From Albugo candida (lineage: Eukaryota), in contig JBDOQK010000024.1 of assembly GCA_040437565.1 (NCBI GenBank), forward strand, positions 310,001-374,000: a DNA stretch of 64,000 nt, read 5' to 3'. Shown in pieces: positions 48,349-60,450 of this stretch. A program made the position numbers and the translations under genes. The notes below the pieces were generated by a model. The model had not been told where the DNA came from and searched no databases. It saw only the letters and a program-made list of their open reading frames with translations. Every line of letters starts with the position of its first letter. Positions within the stretch are counted from its first letter, which is position 1.

Positions 48349-50130
48349 TGACATGAAATTCTTTCTTTGATACGGTTCAAATCAACCTATAGAAAAGATA
48401 CCAAGTGTAAACTTTTGTTTACAGTCAATAAATCGTATGGTCCAATTATGGGGTTTTCTTGCCTAATAGGAAATGCTATCTTTCTTTATGCATTGTGGAA
48501 ATATATGCTTTTGAATCAACAATCATTGTAGATATCCCAGGTAGTTTCTGATCGACTGTGCATCGTTCAACATGCATGCGAACCCGCCATCTTCGCAGCT
48601 TTCTCAACGAGTCAAACAGTAATGATACAATGATAGAGGCAAAGAGGTTTATTTGAGTTCTTTAGAATTAAGTGCAAGTCAATAGTGATGATCATAGCTT
48701 AACCTATTTGATAGTAAGCCTCAAGCCAACTTGTTTTCAATGTACTTATTCATCCGCTCAAGAACCAAAATTCTGAATTGCTCGTCGTGGATGTCACTTA
48801 TCACCTTATCACCATACGTCCCTTTCATTGCCATTAGTCGAATCAACTTCGGGTTAAACATCGCTAGTGCTGCCTTCATGTTCAGGGAGCAAAATCCATC
48901 CTTGTCCTCAAAACGAATTTCTTCTACCTTATTGGAATTATTCAGATGCAATGCAACATTTAATCCATGCTGATTTCTGATTCCTCTTAGTTTAGACAAT
49001 GCATCAACTCCAGCAGTATTCAAAATGACGAAAAGCTCTGGGAAATTTCCAACTGTAATACGATCTACGCCGATTACTTCGACACGTATATTCACACGTG
49101 TTAATTTCTCTTGGAGCAACTTGAATTGCAAGATAGAATGCTTCGGATCAGAGTCTACTTCCGAGGTGAAGTCCTGAGGATTGCTTTTTTCCAAATGATA
49201 CCCTTGTGCCCAAAAGATTTCAGACACACGCTGAAGTTTGGACTCACCAATCTTTTCAATGGCTAGAGCGAGATCCGTGCTTGGTCCCATGATCAAAATA
49301 CGATATGGTGTGTGCACATCCAGTACAATTTCAATGTGAATTGGCAGAAAGCCTAACTTCCACTGCTCATCCGCAAGGACCCTATGAAAAATTGATACTA
49401 AAAAAGGCTTCGCCGTATCAAAGGAATCCCTGACGTATATATAAAGAGCGCGCCCACAGGATTTCAAGAAATAAGGATCTCTTGCCAACAACGCCATTGC
49501 ATGATATCCACTAGATTCCCCGGGTTCCATAATCACTAGGCATTGCATGCGTTCTCGACAACTATAGATGAAAGGCATCAGACGAAGTACCCATACACAC
49601 ACGAGCTGGAAACGGAGCTTTGAACGAGCCATCGAATGTGGTAGAGTTGACAGTTGATAGTGGGTTGCGTTTTTGATAGCAAAAGTAAACGTGAGTGCCA
49701 AATGATCAGTTCACTCTTACACAAGCACGCGCCAGTGGATTTTGCTCGCTTTGTACACGTAATCAATTGCAACGGAATCCAAGAAATCGAATAGCACGAG
49801 AGCATTACAAACAGGTCGAAGCGATGGGAAAGGTGCGCTTCTGCGATCATAAACTTTTAGAATTTGTTTTGTCGTTCGAATATACTCACGATATCATTCA
49901 TTACGTCTATGTATAGACTTTGGCACATTATCTTGCGATATGACGTGATGAAGAAATACAGTAGAAAGTATATCTCAACCCTTTGTTGATGTATCGTACG
50001 CGGAAAGGCGGATTATCCACGTCGAGAATGACTTCTATAAATGCATTTGCAACGTTTCTGTTTTCGAAACATTATTAAGGTACCTATCATTTCAACGCGT
50101 TTGTGTGGTCTCAAAGTACCCGCTGCACTT
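48240..50130. repeat. Segmental tandem duplication unit 1 (unit 2 at ~51273-53180)
   Basis: The CFAP91 3' end, the secreted gene and its upstream region recur at 51273-53180 with substitutions and indels. Confidence 0.9.
48721..49632 (-). CDS. Putative secreted nucleoside-hydrolase-fold protein lacking catalytic motifs (candidate effector)
   Basis: Intronless 303 aa from the ATG at 49632. Signal-like MARSKLRFQLVCVWVLRLMPFIYSC; NH-like segments LVIMEPGE, ILIMGPSTDLALAI, VSEIFWAQG, VEVIGVD, AALAMFNPKL, EQFRILVLERM. Confidence 0.65.
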   Translation of the reverse strand: MARSKLRFQLVCVWVLRLMPFIYSCRERMQCLVIMEPGESSGYHAMALLARDPYFLKSCGRALYIYVRDSFDTAKPFLVSIFHRVLADEQWKLGFLPIHIEIVLDVHTPYRILIMGPSTDLALAIEKIGESKLQRVSEIFWAQGYHLEKSNPQDFTSEVDSDPKHSILQFKLLQEKLTRVNIRVEVIGVDRITVGNFPELFVILNTAGVDALSKLRGIRNQHGLNVALHLNNSNKVEEIRFEDKDGFCSLNMKAALAMFNPKLIRLMAMKGTYGDKVISDIHDEQFRILVLERMNKYIENKLA

Positions 50131-51272
50131 CTACCGACTATTTGTAAAAATGCTATCGGAAGTGCGCATCTCATCTGCGTGTCCTTACGCACAAAGGTGT
50201 CAGCGTCCAACTTCACAATGGCGCTTGTTGTCGTGAGATCCGGAAGTGACTTAATGACCGATTTTCTTTGTCCACATATTCCAATCAGTCGTCTGAGCCG
50301 GACACTTTCTCCTTGAGCTGCCGCTGACGATTACGCATCACGTCGCAAATATTCGTCGACTCGGATGTGTATTTATCACAGACAGATCCCTTTCTTGCAA
50401 CTTGCTTCGATCTTCAGACTTTCTGTAACTTCCCTTGTGCACATGCTAATAAGCACTCTTTTTCTCATTTGTAAGTGGCGTCTCGCTTGGAATCGAAGCT
50501 AAACAACATATGCAAATCATACCCAACGTTTGAGCTTTCTTGGCGTGCACTATTGGAGCAGAGCAGTGCATCTCTTAAAACTAGTAGCATTTCAGAGATG
50601 AAGCGTCCACGACTATTGAGGAACGTAATGCTACAATACTTCTAACGCTCCCTAATTATTTTTAAAGTTGACTTATAAGAATCAAAAACCAACGTGCGAT
50701 ATGTAATCAAAACTTGTGGCTGTTTCGAACGAGGTATGCTTTGCGATATCGCAAACTAAGAGTTCCAAGAAAAGCAGCGTATGATCGACAGGTAGTGACG
50801 ACAATACCCTCTATCGAGTGGTTCCCGATCCCTGCCATATTCGTCAAAACCAGTACTTTGTCGTTTACTTGAGCCACATTCATTGAGGGCAAAGGCACCA
50901 ATTTGTCGTTTGTTGAAGCCGTGCACATTGACTCAAACGTACAACGCTTGACTGGTATTTATACCTGCTTTCCTATGTTCCGACTCACTGCGTCTACACC
51001 TCGTTGATCTTTGTATGCATTTGGAGGCAATTGAATCAGGCTTGTAGCTATTTGAAAGGAAGGGATGCTACGCTGCTGGCTCCACTATGCTGATCTTTAA
51101 TTGAAGCCATTTCCTTCTATCTACGTTGCCACTTAAGCGAACAATTTATAAGTGGCAAGTTGTATAATTTGTNNNNNNNNNNNNNNNNNNNNNNNNNNNN
51201 NNNNNNNNNNNNNNNNNNNNNNNNNNNNNNNNNNNNNNNNNNNNNNNNNNNNNNNNNNNNNNNNNNNNNNNN

Positions 51273-53180
51273 CGACTGTGCGAAATCGTCATTCAAAGCG
51301 TCAAGCAGAGTCAGAAATGCGTAAATACACGGTAGCCACTCAATCAGTCGTGGTCGAATCATTGCAAGCTATGGGGATCTGATCACGTGAAGTTCAATCT
51401 TCGATATGGTTCAGGTCGAACTATAAAAAGATATTTAGTGGAAGCTATTGATCTCTGTCAATACATTGTGTAGTCTAAGTATGTTGTTTCTTCCCTACTT
51501 TTGCAAATGCCATCTTTCTTTGTGCACAGTGGAAATAGCCGTATAATCGATGCAGGTATCCCAGATAGGTTCGACCCGATTTTGGGCACGAGAATGCACC
51601 CGGTCAAGATACATGCGAACTGATTCCCTTACGGCTTCATCCACGAGCAAAAAAATAAATGGACATTGATAGAGGCAAACAGGTCTATTTCGGTCCTTTA
51701 GACATGTATACAAGTTACTATCAGTAATGAAGCCTTCACCTTCTTGATGAGTGAGCCTCGAGACGCCAACTTGTTCACGCACCAGTTTACGACTTAAGTT
51801 GTACCCTTTCATCATATCAAGAACCAAACCTTCGAATTCCGAATAATGGATTCCAGGTATTATCTCTGCGTAAGCAACGTAGAAATTGGATTTGAATCCG
51901 ACGAATACTTTACGTTCTGACGTACTAACAAAGACGTCCGGTGAAACATCACCAATGCAGTCACGATGGTATGGACCTTAATGCATTCTCTTGAACAAAA
52001 TTGAATGACGTTGACACAAGACATATTGCACCTGTAGGTCTGAACTTGCGTAAGTACTTTGAAGCAGAATTGTTGTTTTTACCTAGCTGGTGGAACAACT
52101 TTGGCAATTTTTTTCGAAATCGTGTGAGTGCGTAATTGCTTTTGAGATTTGTATACAGAAGTTTGAATTTGAGTCGGATCGATTTATGCTGTAGGACAGA
52201 TACCAACGAATTCATGTCCATTTTTAAGTGGGAGGATATGAGATACTCACCACTGACAACGATTTCTTTAACAGCATTTCTCAGTTTGGTCTCATGAACA
52301 TCTTTAATGGCGTCTGCTAGGTCCTTGAACGGTCTCATGATCAAAACACGAGCGGATATAGATATTTCCAGTGTTGTTTTGATATCAGATGACGTTTTGC
52401 CTAGGCGCCAATCGACTTCATTAGGGGATTGTTGAAAAATTATGTCCAGAAAGGAAAGAGCTTCTCCAGAGGAATCGTGTGTATACAAGCCGGACCCGCA
52501 TTCTTCAATGAACTGCGAATACCTTGCTAATAGTGCAATTGCAGAATATCCAGTAGGTTCCCCGGGTTCCACAATCACTAGACATTTGATGACTGCTTAA
52601 CAAAAGTTGGAATGCATAAGACACAGTGCCCATACACACAAGAGCTGGAAGCTGAGCTTGGAACGAACCATTGGATGTTGTAGAGTTTGCAGTTGATAGT
52701 GGGTTGCGTTCTTGATGGCAAAAGTAAAAATGAATGCTCAAGTAGCAGTTCACTCTCACACAAGCACGTACCAATGGATTTTGCTCGCTTTGTACACGTA
52801 ATTATTTGCAGCGGAATCTAAGGAATCGAACAGTACGACAGCAACAGGTCGAAGCGATGAGAAAGGTGCGCTTGTGTGCGATCAGAAACTGAATCCTGTG
52901 ACTTTATAATATGTTTTGTCATTCAAATATACTCACAATTGCATTCGCTACCTCTATGTATGAACATTTCGCATATTATCATGACTTGATGAAGATATTC
53001 AGTAGAGTGCATATATCCATCCTTTTTTGACGTATCTTAATCGAGCACCGTATCCTGAATCGCGGCTTATCCAGGTTTGGGAATAAATAAATTTGCAACG
53101 ATTCTGTCTTTAAAACATTATGAAGGTACCTATCATTTTAACGCGGTTATGTGATCTCAAAGTACCCGCTGTACTTATAG
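51273..53180. repeat. Segmental tandem duplication unit 2, including a diverged copy of the CFAP91 3' end
   Basis: TVRNRHSKRQAESEMRKYTVATQSVVVESLQAMGI vs ...YTAATQSVVVELLQAMGI; upstream region ends at aaagtacccgctg just before RRP5. Confidence 0.9.
51760..52671 (-). pseudogene. Pseudogenised paralogue of the secreted NH-like gene at 48721-49632
   Basis: MVRSKLSFQLLCVWALCLMHSNFC*AVIKCLVIVEPGE (TAA at 52597-52599), VLIMRPFKDLADAI, AVKEIVVSG, then frameshifted VHTIVTALVMF/PDVF...IHYSEFEGLVLDMMKGY. Confidence 0.8.
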
Positions 53181-53210
53181 AATCACTGGTTCTCTTACTA
53201 ACGCATACAA

Positions 53211-56200
53211 ATGCAAGTCGCGTCTGCTTTTCCGCGCGGAACGACGCCAGCAATCCGAAGCAAATCAGCGTCGCTGGAAAAGGATATATCTCATTCTCGA
53301 AAGCGTAATCATGATTGCGTAGATGACCAGGAAGAAGCACATAAACACGACATACTTTTCGGCCTAAAAGGTATCGCCCAAGCAAATAGCGATACGGCAT
53401 CAAAGCGATCCAACACCCCCTCTGGAAGCAAGAAAATGCGCGTAAAAATCCCAGAAAAGCATTTATCACGGGATACTCTCACAGAAAGTCATTTTGTCAA
53501 AGACAAAGTCGCTACCATCAATTTCAAAGTACAAAACACAATTTCATTCCTCTTCCACCTAACTGATGTATCTCCACATACTTCTAGTCTATCAAGTCCA
53601 ACATGCTCCTTCTTGGACTCATTCGCGAGATCACAGACACCGGTCTTCTCATCAGCTTACCGAGCAAGCTGAATGGATTTGTCCCTATTGAAGAGTGCTC
53701 CGATGAATTCCATGATCATATTCGTCCATCCAGTAGCTTCACAGTCTCAAAAGTCGCTTCCAAAGCCTCTAAATTAGCCTCACTGGATGCCATATTCTCC
53801 ATCAATCAATACGTTCCGTGCATCGTCTTGTCCAAATCCAAGGATGCCAAAGGCAAAAATCTCGTCCTCTCCATGCGATTATCCCTGCTTCACGCTGAAT
53901 ATACACCAAACAGCGTCAGAAAATCAATGACAATGTTCGGTACCGTCCAATCCATGGAGGATCAAGGCGCTGTGGTCAATCTCGGTATCCGTGGAATGCA
54001 TGCATTCGCTCCAAAAGCCCAACTCGTTTCTGCGTGTCCTGAAGACCCCGAATGCGCCAATGTGCAAATGGGACGGCAATATCTCTTTACTGTTTTGACT
54101 GTAAACACGCACACATCCACGGTCACTTTGAGTCCAGCGCGAAGTCAGACGATCAAAGCAGTCACCCGCGGTGATCATTTGACAATGAAACACATGCTTC
54201 CCGGTTTGCTGTTGAATGTGCGTGTGGAACAAGTGGTTTCCAATGGGCTTTTCGTCAATTTCCTTACCTTTTTCCATGGAACGGTCGATTGTAATCATAT
54301 TTCCCGACTCATTTTCCAGGATGGAAGCGATGATACAAAGACGTGGAATGCGTTGTTCAAAAAGGGAATTAAGTCTCGAGCTCGTATCATTGGCGTGGAT
54401 CCGACTGAGAAGAAGATCATGTTGTCTATGGCTTCCCATATTGTTCATTTGGATCACCCGCTTGATGCTCAAACGATGCCTGTTGGAAGTATCATTGACA
54501 CTGCGACTATCGAGCGAATCGATCCTGGGATTGGGATGCTTCTATCACTTCCGTTTCCTGAGCAAGTGGCTGCATCTTCCAAGAATCCAAAGCTTCCAGG
54601 ATACGTTCATATCTCCAATGTATCAGATGCTCACATTGATAAAAATTTGGATAAAAAGTATAGCATCGGTGACAATATACGTTGCCGCGTTATTGGATCA
54701 GCTTCGTTTGACAATATCGTGACCGTAAGTTGCAAAGAATCCTCATTATCACAGACAGTACTTCGACACTGCGATCTGAAGCCTGGTCAACAAGTGAAAG
54801 CCAAGATTCTGGCCATGAAAGATTGGGGAATTCTGTTGGAGATCAGTGAAGGCGTCCGCGGTTTGGTGACAACGCAGCACGTTCCATCCATGGTCGCATC
54901 GAAATTGCCCAAGTCGAAAGATACCATCGGGAAGTTCCAGCAAGGCCGGATGGTTGATGCTCAAGTATTGCATGTGGACACTGTCTCGAAGAAGACATTC
55001 CTTACTATGAAACGTGCATTGATGGAGTCCCAATTNNNNNNNNNNNNNNNNNNNNNNNNNNNNNNNNNNNNNNNNNNNNNNNNNNNNNNNNNNNNNNNNN
55101 NNNNNNNNNNNNNNNNNNNNNNNNNNNNNNNNNNNACTGCGACTATCGAGCGAATCGATCCTGGGATTGGGATGCTTCTATCACTTCCGTTTCCTGAGCA
55201 AGTGGCTGCATCTTCCAAGAATCCAAAGCTTCCAGGATACGTTCATATCTCCAATGTATCAGATGCTCACATTGATAAAAATTTGGATAAAAAGTATAGC
55301 ATCGGTGACAATATACGTTGCCGCGTTATTGGATCAGCTTCGTTTGACAATATCGTGACCGTAAGTTGCAAAGAATCCTCATTATCACAGACAGTACTTC
55401 GACACTGCGATCTGAAGCCTGGTCAACAAGTGAAAGCCAAGATTCTGGCCATGAAAGATTGGGGAATTCTGTTGGAGATCAGTGAAGGCGTCCGCGGTTT
55501 GGTGACAACGCAGCACGTTCCATCCATGGTCGCATCGAAATTGCCCAAGTCGAAAGATACCATCGGGAAGTTCCAGCAAGGCCGGATGGTTGATGCTCAA
55601 GTATTGCATGTGGACACTGTCTCGAAGAAGACATTCCTTACTATGAAACGTGCATTGATGGAGTCCCAATTCCCGATTCTGGCGACGTACAAGGGAGCCG
55701 AAAATGGTCTTGTGACGATGGGATACATCACCAAGATTGCTAAATACGGCGTGATTGTGAGCTTTTACGGCGGTGTCCACGGCCTGGTTCCGGCTTCCAC
55801 GCTGCATCAAGCTGGTATTGAATGCTTTGAAGATGCTTACACGCTTGGCCAAGTTGTTCGAGCTCGTGTGACGCAATGCGATGTGAAGAAACAACGTCTT
55901 CTGCTCTCACTCAACACCACAAACATACCGACGCAATCAAACACCAAAGACTCGGTAGTCGGCTCTATCATCCGTGACGTTCAGGTCACAGATGTCGATA
56001 TGGAGGAGCATGTGATCCGCGTGAAGACCCCACTTGGTGTCATTGGGAACGTAGCATTTGTGCATTTGACTGATTTTCCGCGGCACGCGTTCTTGGTTGA
56101 CATGATTCTCGCGTCCATCCGTAAAGGAGAACAATGGACTGGGCAAGAGTTTGTCGTGCTTTCTCAATCCTCGGATCAAGTTCTGGCGCTTAGCCGGAAG

Positions 56201-59200
56201 GCAATGTTGACTCGACATATCTTCACCATCCCACAAACCATCGAATCTATTCACGAAGATGCCAAAATATTTGGTTTTGTATCGGCGATTGAGCCGGAAA
56301 AAGGCGTTTTCGTCGAGTTTCTGAATCATTTGACCGGTTTTGCTCATAAATCCTTGGTGGATGAGAAATTTGTGCAAGTTATCTCTCCCGACGCATTCCA
56401 AGTAGGAGAAACGATTGTTTGTTCTGTTCTGAACAAATCGCAAGCAGGTAAGTTCTCAGTCGACTTTCGGGCCCGACATTTTGAGTCGGAGGTATTGCCA
56501 TCATACTTTGCAGAATGGACTCGACAAATATATAGTGAGACGGACGTCTATCAAGGATTTCCAGTTGGCTTGGTGGTAGACGGCGAACTTGTGGCTGAAC
56601 GATCATATGGCTCCGTGTTTTCATTCAAAACCAGTGATTCGCACGCAAGTGTTTTGGTTTGTGGCAGTGTTCAAGTGCCTTCCGGTTGCTCGCACAAGCT
56701 CGTTCTTATTGATTTTGATGTGGAGAAAAAGGTATATGTTGGAATATTGGATGATAAGTTGGGTCGAAGTTGCTCGCAGAAACGACGATCGCGTTGGGAG
56801 CGTCTTGCAATTGGTCAGAATCTTGACGCTCGAGTACTAGCGATTGGGTCCTGGAAGCATTATGCAGTCGTCGCGATCCATGTGGGTAAAAAAACTCAGC
56901 TTGGAGTCGTACAACTGAGCTATTTCTGGCGTCCGGCACCCAAATGCGTTGAAAAGGATTCTTCGATCAGATGTCGGGTAGTTGCCCCTTGCTTGCGTGA
57001 TGCACGTGAGAACGATGTCATTCAAACTCCCTTTGAAAATCTACCGCTTTTACGTCTATGTGATGATGATGACCATCTCCAAAAACCGGCAAAACTCCTC
57101 CGGGACGCTGTTTCTATGCCCAGGTATAAGCATCCAACCGAGGAATTACAAGTTGGTAAGCTTGTTACTGGCCGTATCGCAACCATCAAACATGATGGAA
57201 TGGAAATTAAACTGAAAGCTACCAAACAATGCGGGAAGGTTGTCGCTATGGTTTCGATCATCGACGTGGACGCTGGCGATAACGAGAATCATCCGCTGGA
57301 TCGTTATGCACCAAAAATGGCTGTAACTGGTCGAATCTTGACCATCATGCAAAAAGGAGCGAATCAACGCAAGCCGGTGAGTGAATCAAACCCAGCCACG
57401 TTTCACATCCTTCAATTATCCTTACGCCAACAAGATGTTTCTTCGGACCAAATTGAGCATGTACGGGCTGACTGGGGTCTTGAGAATGCAGGTTCCAAGC
57501 TCCTTTGTGAAGGTTGTGTGCTGGATGGTGTCGTAGTAGAGCAAAAGTCTTCAGGACTTTTGGTTCGTTTAAGTCATCGTGTCATTGGTTTTCTTCATTG
57601 TATGGAGATTTCCACAGAGCAGAGTGTGCTGGAGCATTATCGCGAGCTCTATCCGGTGGGCAAACGTGTTGATGGCTGTCATATTCTCGGTGTTGATCAC
57701 GCAGAACGCCGCGTAGATCTCTCATTGATACACGCAAGTAAAGAAGCTATCACCGAGAAGCTTCAGATCGGGAACAGTGTGACTGGAATTGTGCTGGATT
57801 CAAGTAAAAAAGCTTCATTCCGACCGCCTTCCTTGATGCTTCAGCTATCTGCCTACACATTTGGTCGTGTCTGTGTAACCGAATTAAGACCGCCATCGGA
57901 GTGGCAGAGCCAAATGCTTGAAGAATCTGAGTTCAAGCCTGGCAATTTTCTTACGGGAACTCTCTTATCGGTCCAAAAAGAGGTGTGTGAGATCACATTA
58001 CGACCTTATCGTCAGGAAAGCTCTTCAAAGTACGAAATCGGTGATTTGGTGACTGGAATCATTGCGTCGACGTCGTATATGGGCTGTTTTGTTCGTGTGG
58101 ATCATATTGTCACCATTCGTGTGCTGTTACGAGATTTGAGTGACGATTTTATCAAAGACCCAATTTCTGAATTTCCAGTCGGCAAAGTTGTCGCCGGCCG
58201 AATCACAGGCAAAGAGATGCGGCAAGACTCAACTTTGTACGGCATGAGCTTAAAATCGTCGATTGTTTCCGATGGAATTGCAGCGTTGACGTGGAGCAAC
58301 TTGAAGGAAGGAATGATTGTCACTGGTACAGTGTCCAAAATTCAGCCGTACGGCGTGTTTGTGAAGCTGAATCAATCCAATGTGAGTGGTCTTTGTCACA
58401 TTTCTGAGATCGGAGATGAGCGGATCGAAAAGCCATTGACAGAGCTGTTCAAAGAAGGCGATTCTGTGAAAGCCAAAGTGCTGAAAGTTCAACTTGAAAA
58501 CAGACGGATCTCATTGGGATTTAAGCCGACGTACTTTGACGAACCTAACGAGAATATAGGGACTAATATGGATGCAATCGATGAGCAGGACGATGATCAG
58601 TGTATGCAAATTATTGAAACCTTTGAGGCTAAATCTGAGGCTGAATCCGAAGCTGGAGCTGAAACTGAATCCGAGTCTGAACCTGCATCAGAGGCTGAGG
58701 GTGTTAGCGTGCAACCTCTTTCTATGGATATCGACAATGATGAAGAGGAGGACGAGGAAGTTCCCGCGGTTGGCTTTCAGTGGGATGAATTTGGTGTCAG
58801 TGTACCAGAATCACCAAAAGTTACGCCAAAGACTGTGTGCGCTAGGAATGCTTTGTGGATAGACGAAAAAAGTGTTGGTGTTCGAGAAAAGGAGCTCGCA
58901 TTGAGTGAGCAAGAAGCACAAAGCGCACAGGATTTCGAACGGCTATTAACTATTCACCCGCAGGATGCGTACTTGTGGATACGCTACATGGCGTTCCATG
59001 TCTCACTACAGGAAGTTCAATTAGCGCGTGATGTTGCGATGCGCGCAACGCGTATGATCGCATTTCGCGATGAAAAGGAAAAATTGAATGTCTGGATTGC
59101 ATATTTAAATCTGGAGCATGATTTTGGCGATGCAGAAAGCTTTCAACGCGTGTTGCAGTCAGCTTTACAAGTGAATCCGCCAAAAAGCATTTATTTGCAT

Positions 59201-60238
59201 TTGGTGGATCTTTATGTACGGTCGAACCAGCATGCGAACGTACTGGAGGTGCTAAGTACGATGCAGAAAAAGTTCAAATCGAGTAGGGCTGTGTGGATTC
59301 GAGCATTGCGATATTTCGTATTAGAGAACGCGGATCAGGTGAAGGCGGCAGAAGTGATTTCATCGGCGCTGAATAATTTGCCTGGTGTAAAACATGTCGA
59401 TATTCTCGTCAAATATGGTCTCTTTCTGTATGATCCANNNNNNNNNNNNNNNNNNNNNNNNNNNNNNNNNNNNNNNNNNNNNNNNNNNNNNNNNNNNNNN
59501 NNNNNNNNNNNNNNNNNNNNNNNNNNNNNNNNNNNNNGCGATGAAAAGGAAAAATTGAATGTCTGGATTGCATATTTAAATCTGGAGCATGATTTTGGCG
59601 ATGCAGAAAGCTTTCAACGCGTGTTGCAGTCAGCTTTACAAGTGAATCCGCCAAAAAGCATTTATTTGCATTTGGTGGATCTTTATGTACGGTCGAACCA
59701 GCATGCGAACGTACTGGAGGTGCTAAGTACGATGCAGAAAAAGTTCAAATCGAGTAGGGCTGTGTGGATTCGAGCATTGCGATATTTCGTATTAGAGAAC
59801 GCGGATCAGGTGAAGGCGGCAGAAGTGATTTCATCGGCGCTGAATAATTTGCCTGGTGTAAAACATGTCGATATTCTCGTCAAATATGGTCTCTTTCTGT
59901 ATGATCCATGTGCGGGGAAAGACACGAGTTGGAACGCTGTTGAGAAGGCAAGAACAGTCTTGGAAGGCGTCTTGGCGACATATCCCAAGCGTATGGATTT
60001 ATGGAATGTGTACGCTGATAAGGAAATTCGACTTTGCAAAGACACCAATTGCACAGAGGAAGATCGCGAACGCATTCGTCAATTATTTGAACGTTTGTTG
60101 GCCATGAAGTTTTCCACCAAGAAAATGAAGTTCTGGTTCAAGAAATACATCAGCTTTGAACAAAGTTTTGGTGATGAAGCGCATGTTGATCACGTCAAAC
60201 AGCTCGCCAAAAGTTATGTGGAAAACGCTATGCAATAA
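53211..60238 (+). CDS. RRP5: rRNA biogenesis protein RRP5/PDCD11 (intron ~53530-53587; two gap-flanking artefactual duplications)
   Basis: N-terminal FPRG, many S1 repeats (e.g. GMIVTGTVSKIQPYGVFV, SGLCHISEI), C-terminal HAT repeats (DFERLL...WIRYMAFH, EKLNVWIAYLNLE, KKMKFWFKKY). Confidence 0.95.
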
Positions 60239-60450
60239 TAGATTGACAAAAAACTAGGATCCCAAATAGGTTTTATTGCTCTATATCTTGGTTTATATTC
60301 CAATCACAGGTTGCATCCTGTTATAGAGGCTTTCAAAGACCGTTTTGACGCAAAACACAATCATTTTCGACATTTTTTGATCGATCCTCCTCGTTTCCTT
60401 TTCTTTTGCGATCGCTCTTTGATTCTTATCTCGACATAACTTAAATTACG

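Noticed and set aside
54500-55671. Extra S1 repeats in RRP5
   Set aside because: Exact duplication either side of the 55036-55135 N gap; assembly artefact.
59067-59908. Duplicated HAT repeats in RRP5
   Set aside because: Exact duplication around the N gap; assembly artefact.
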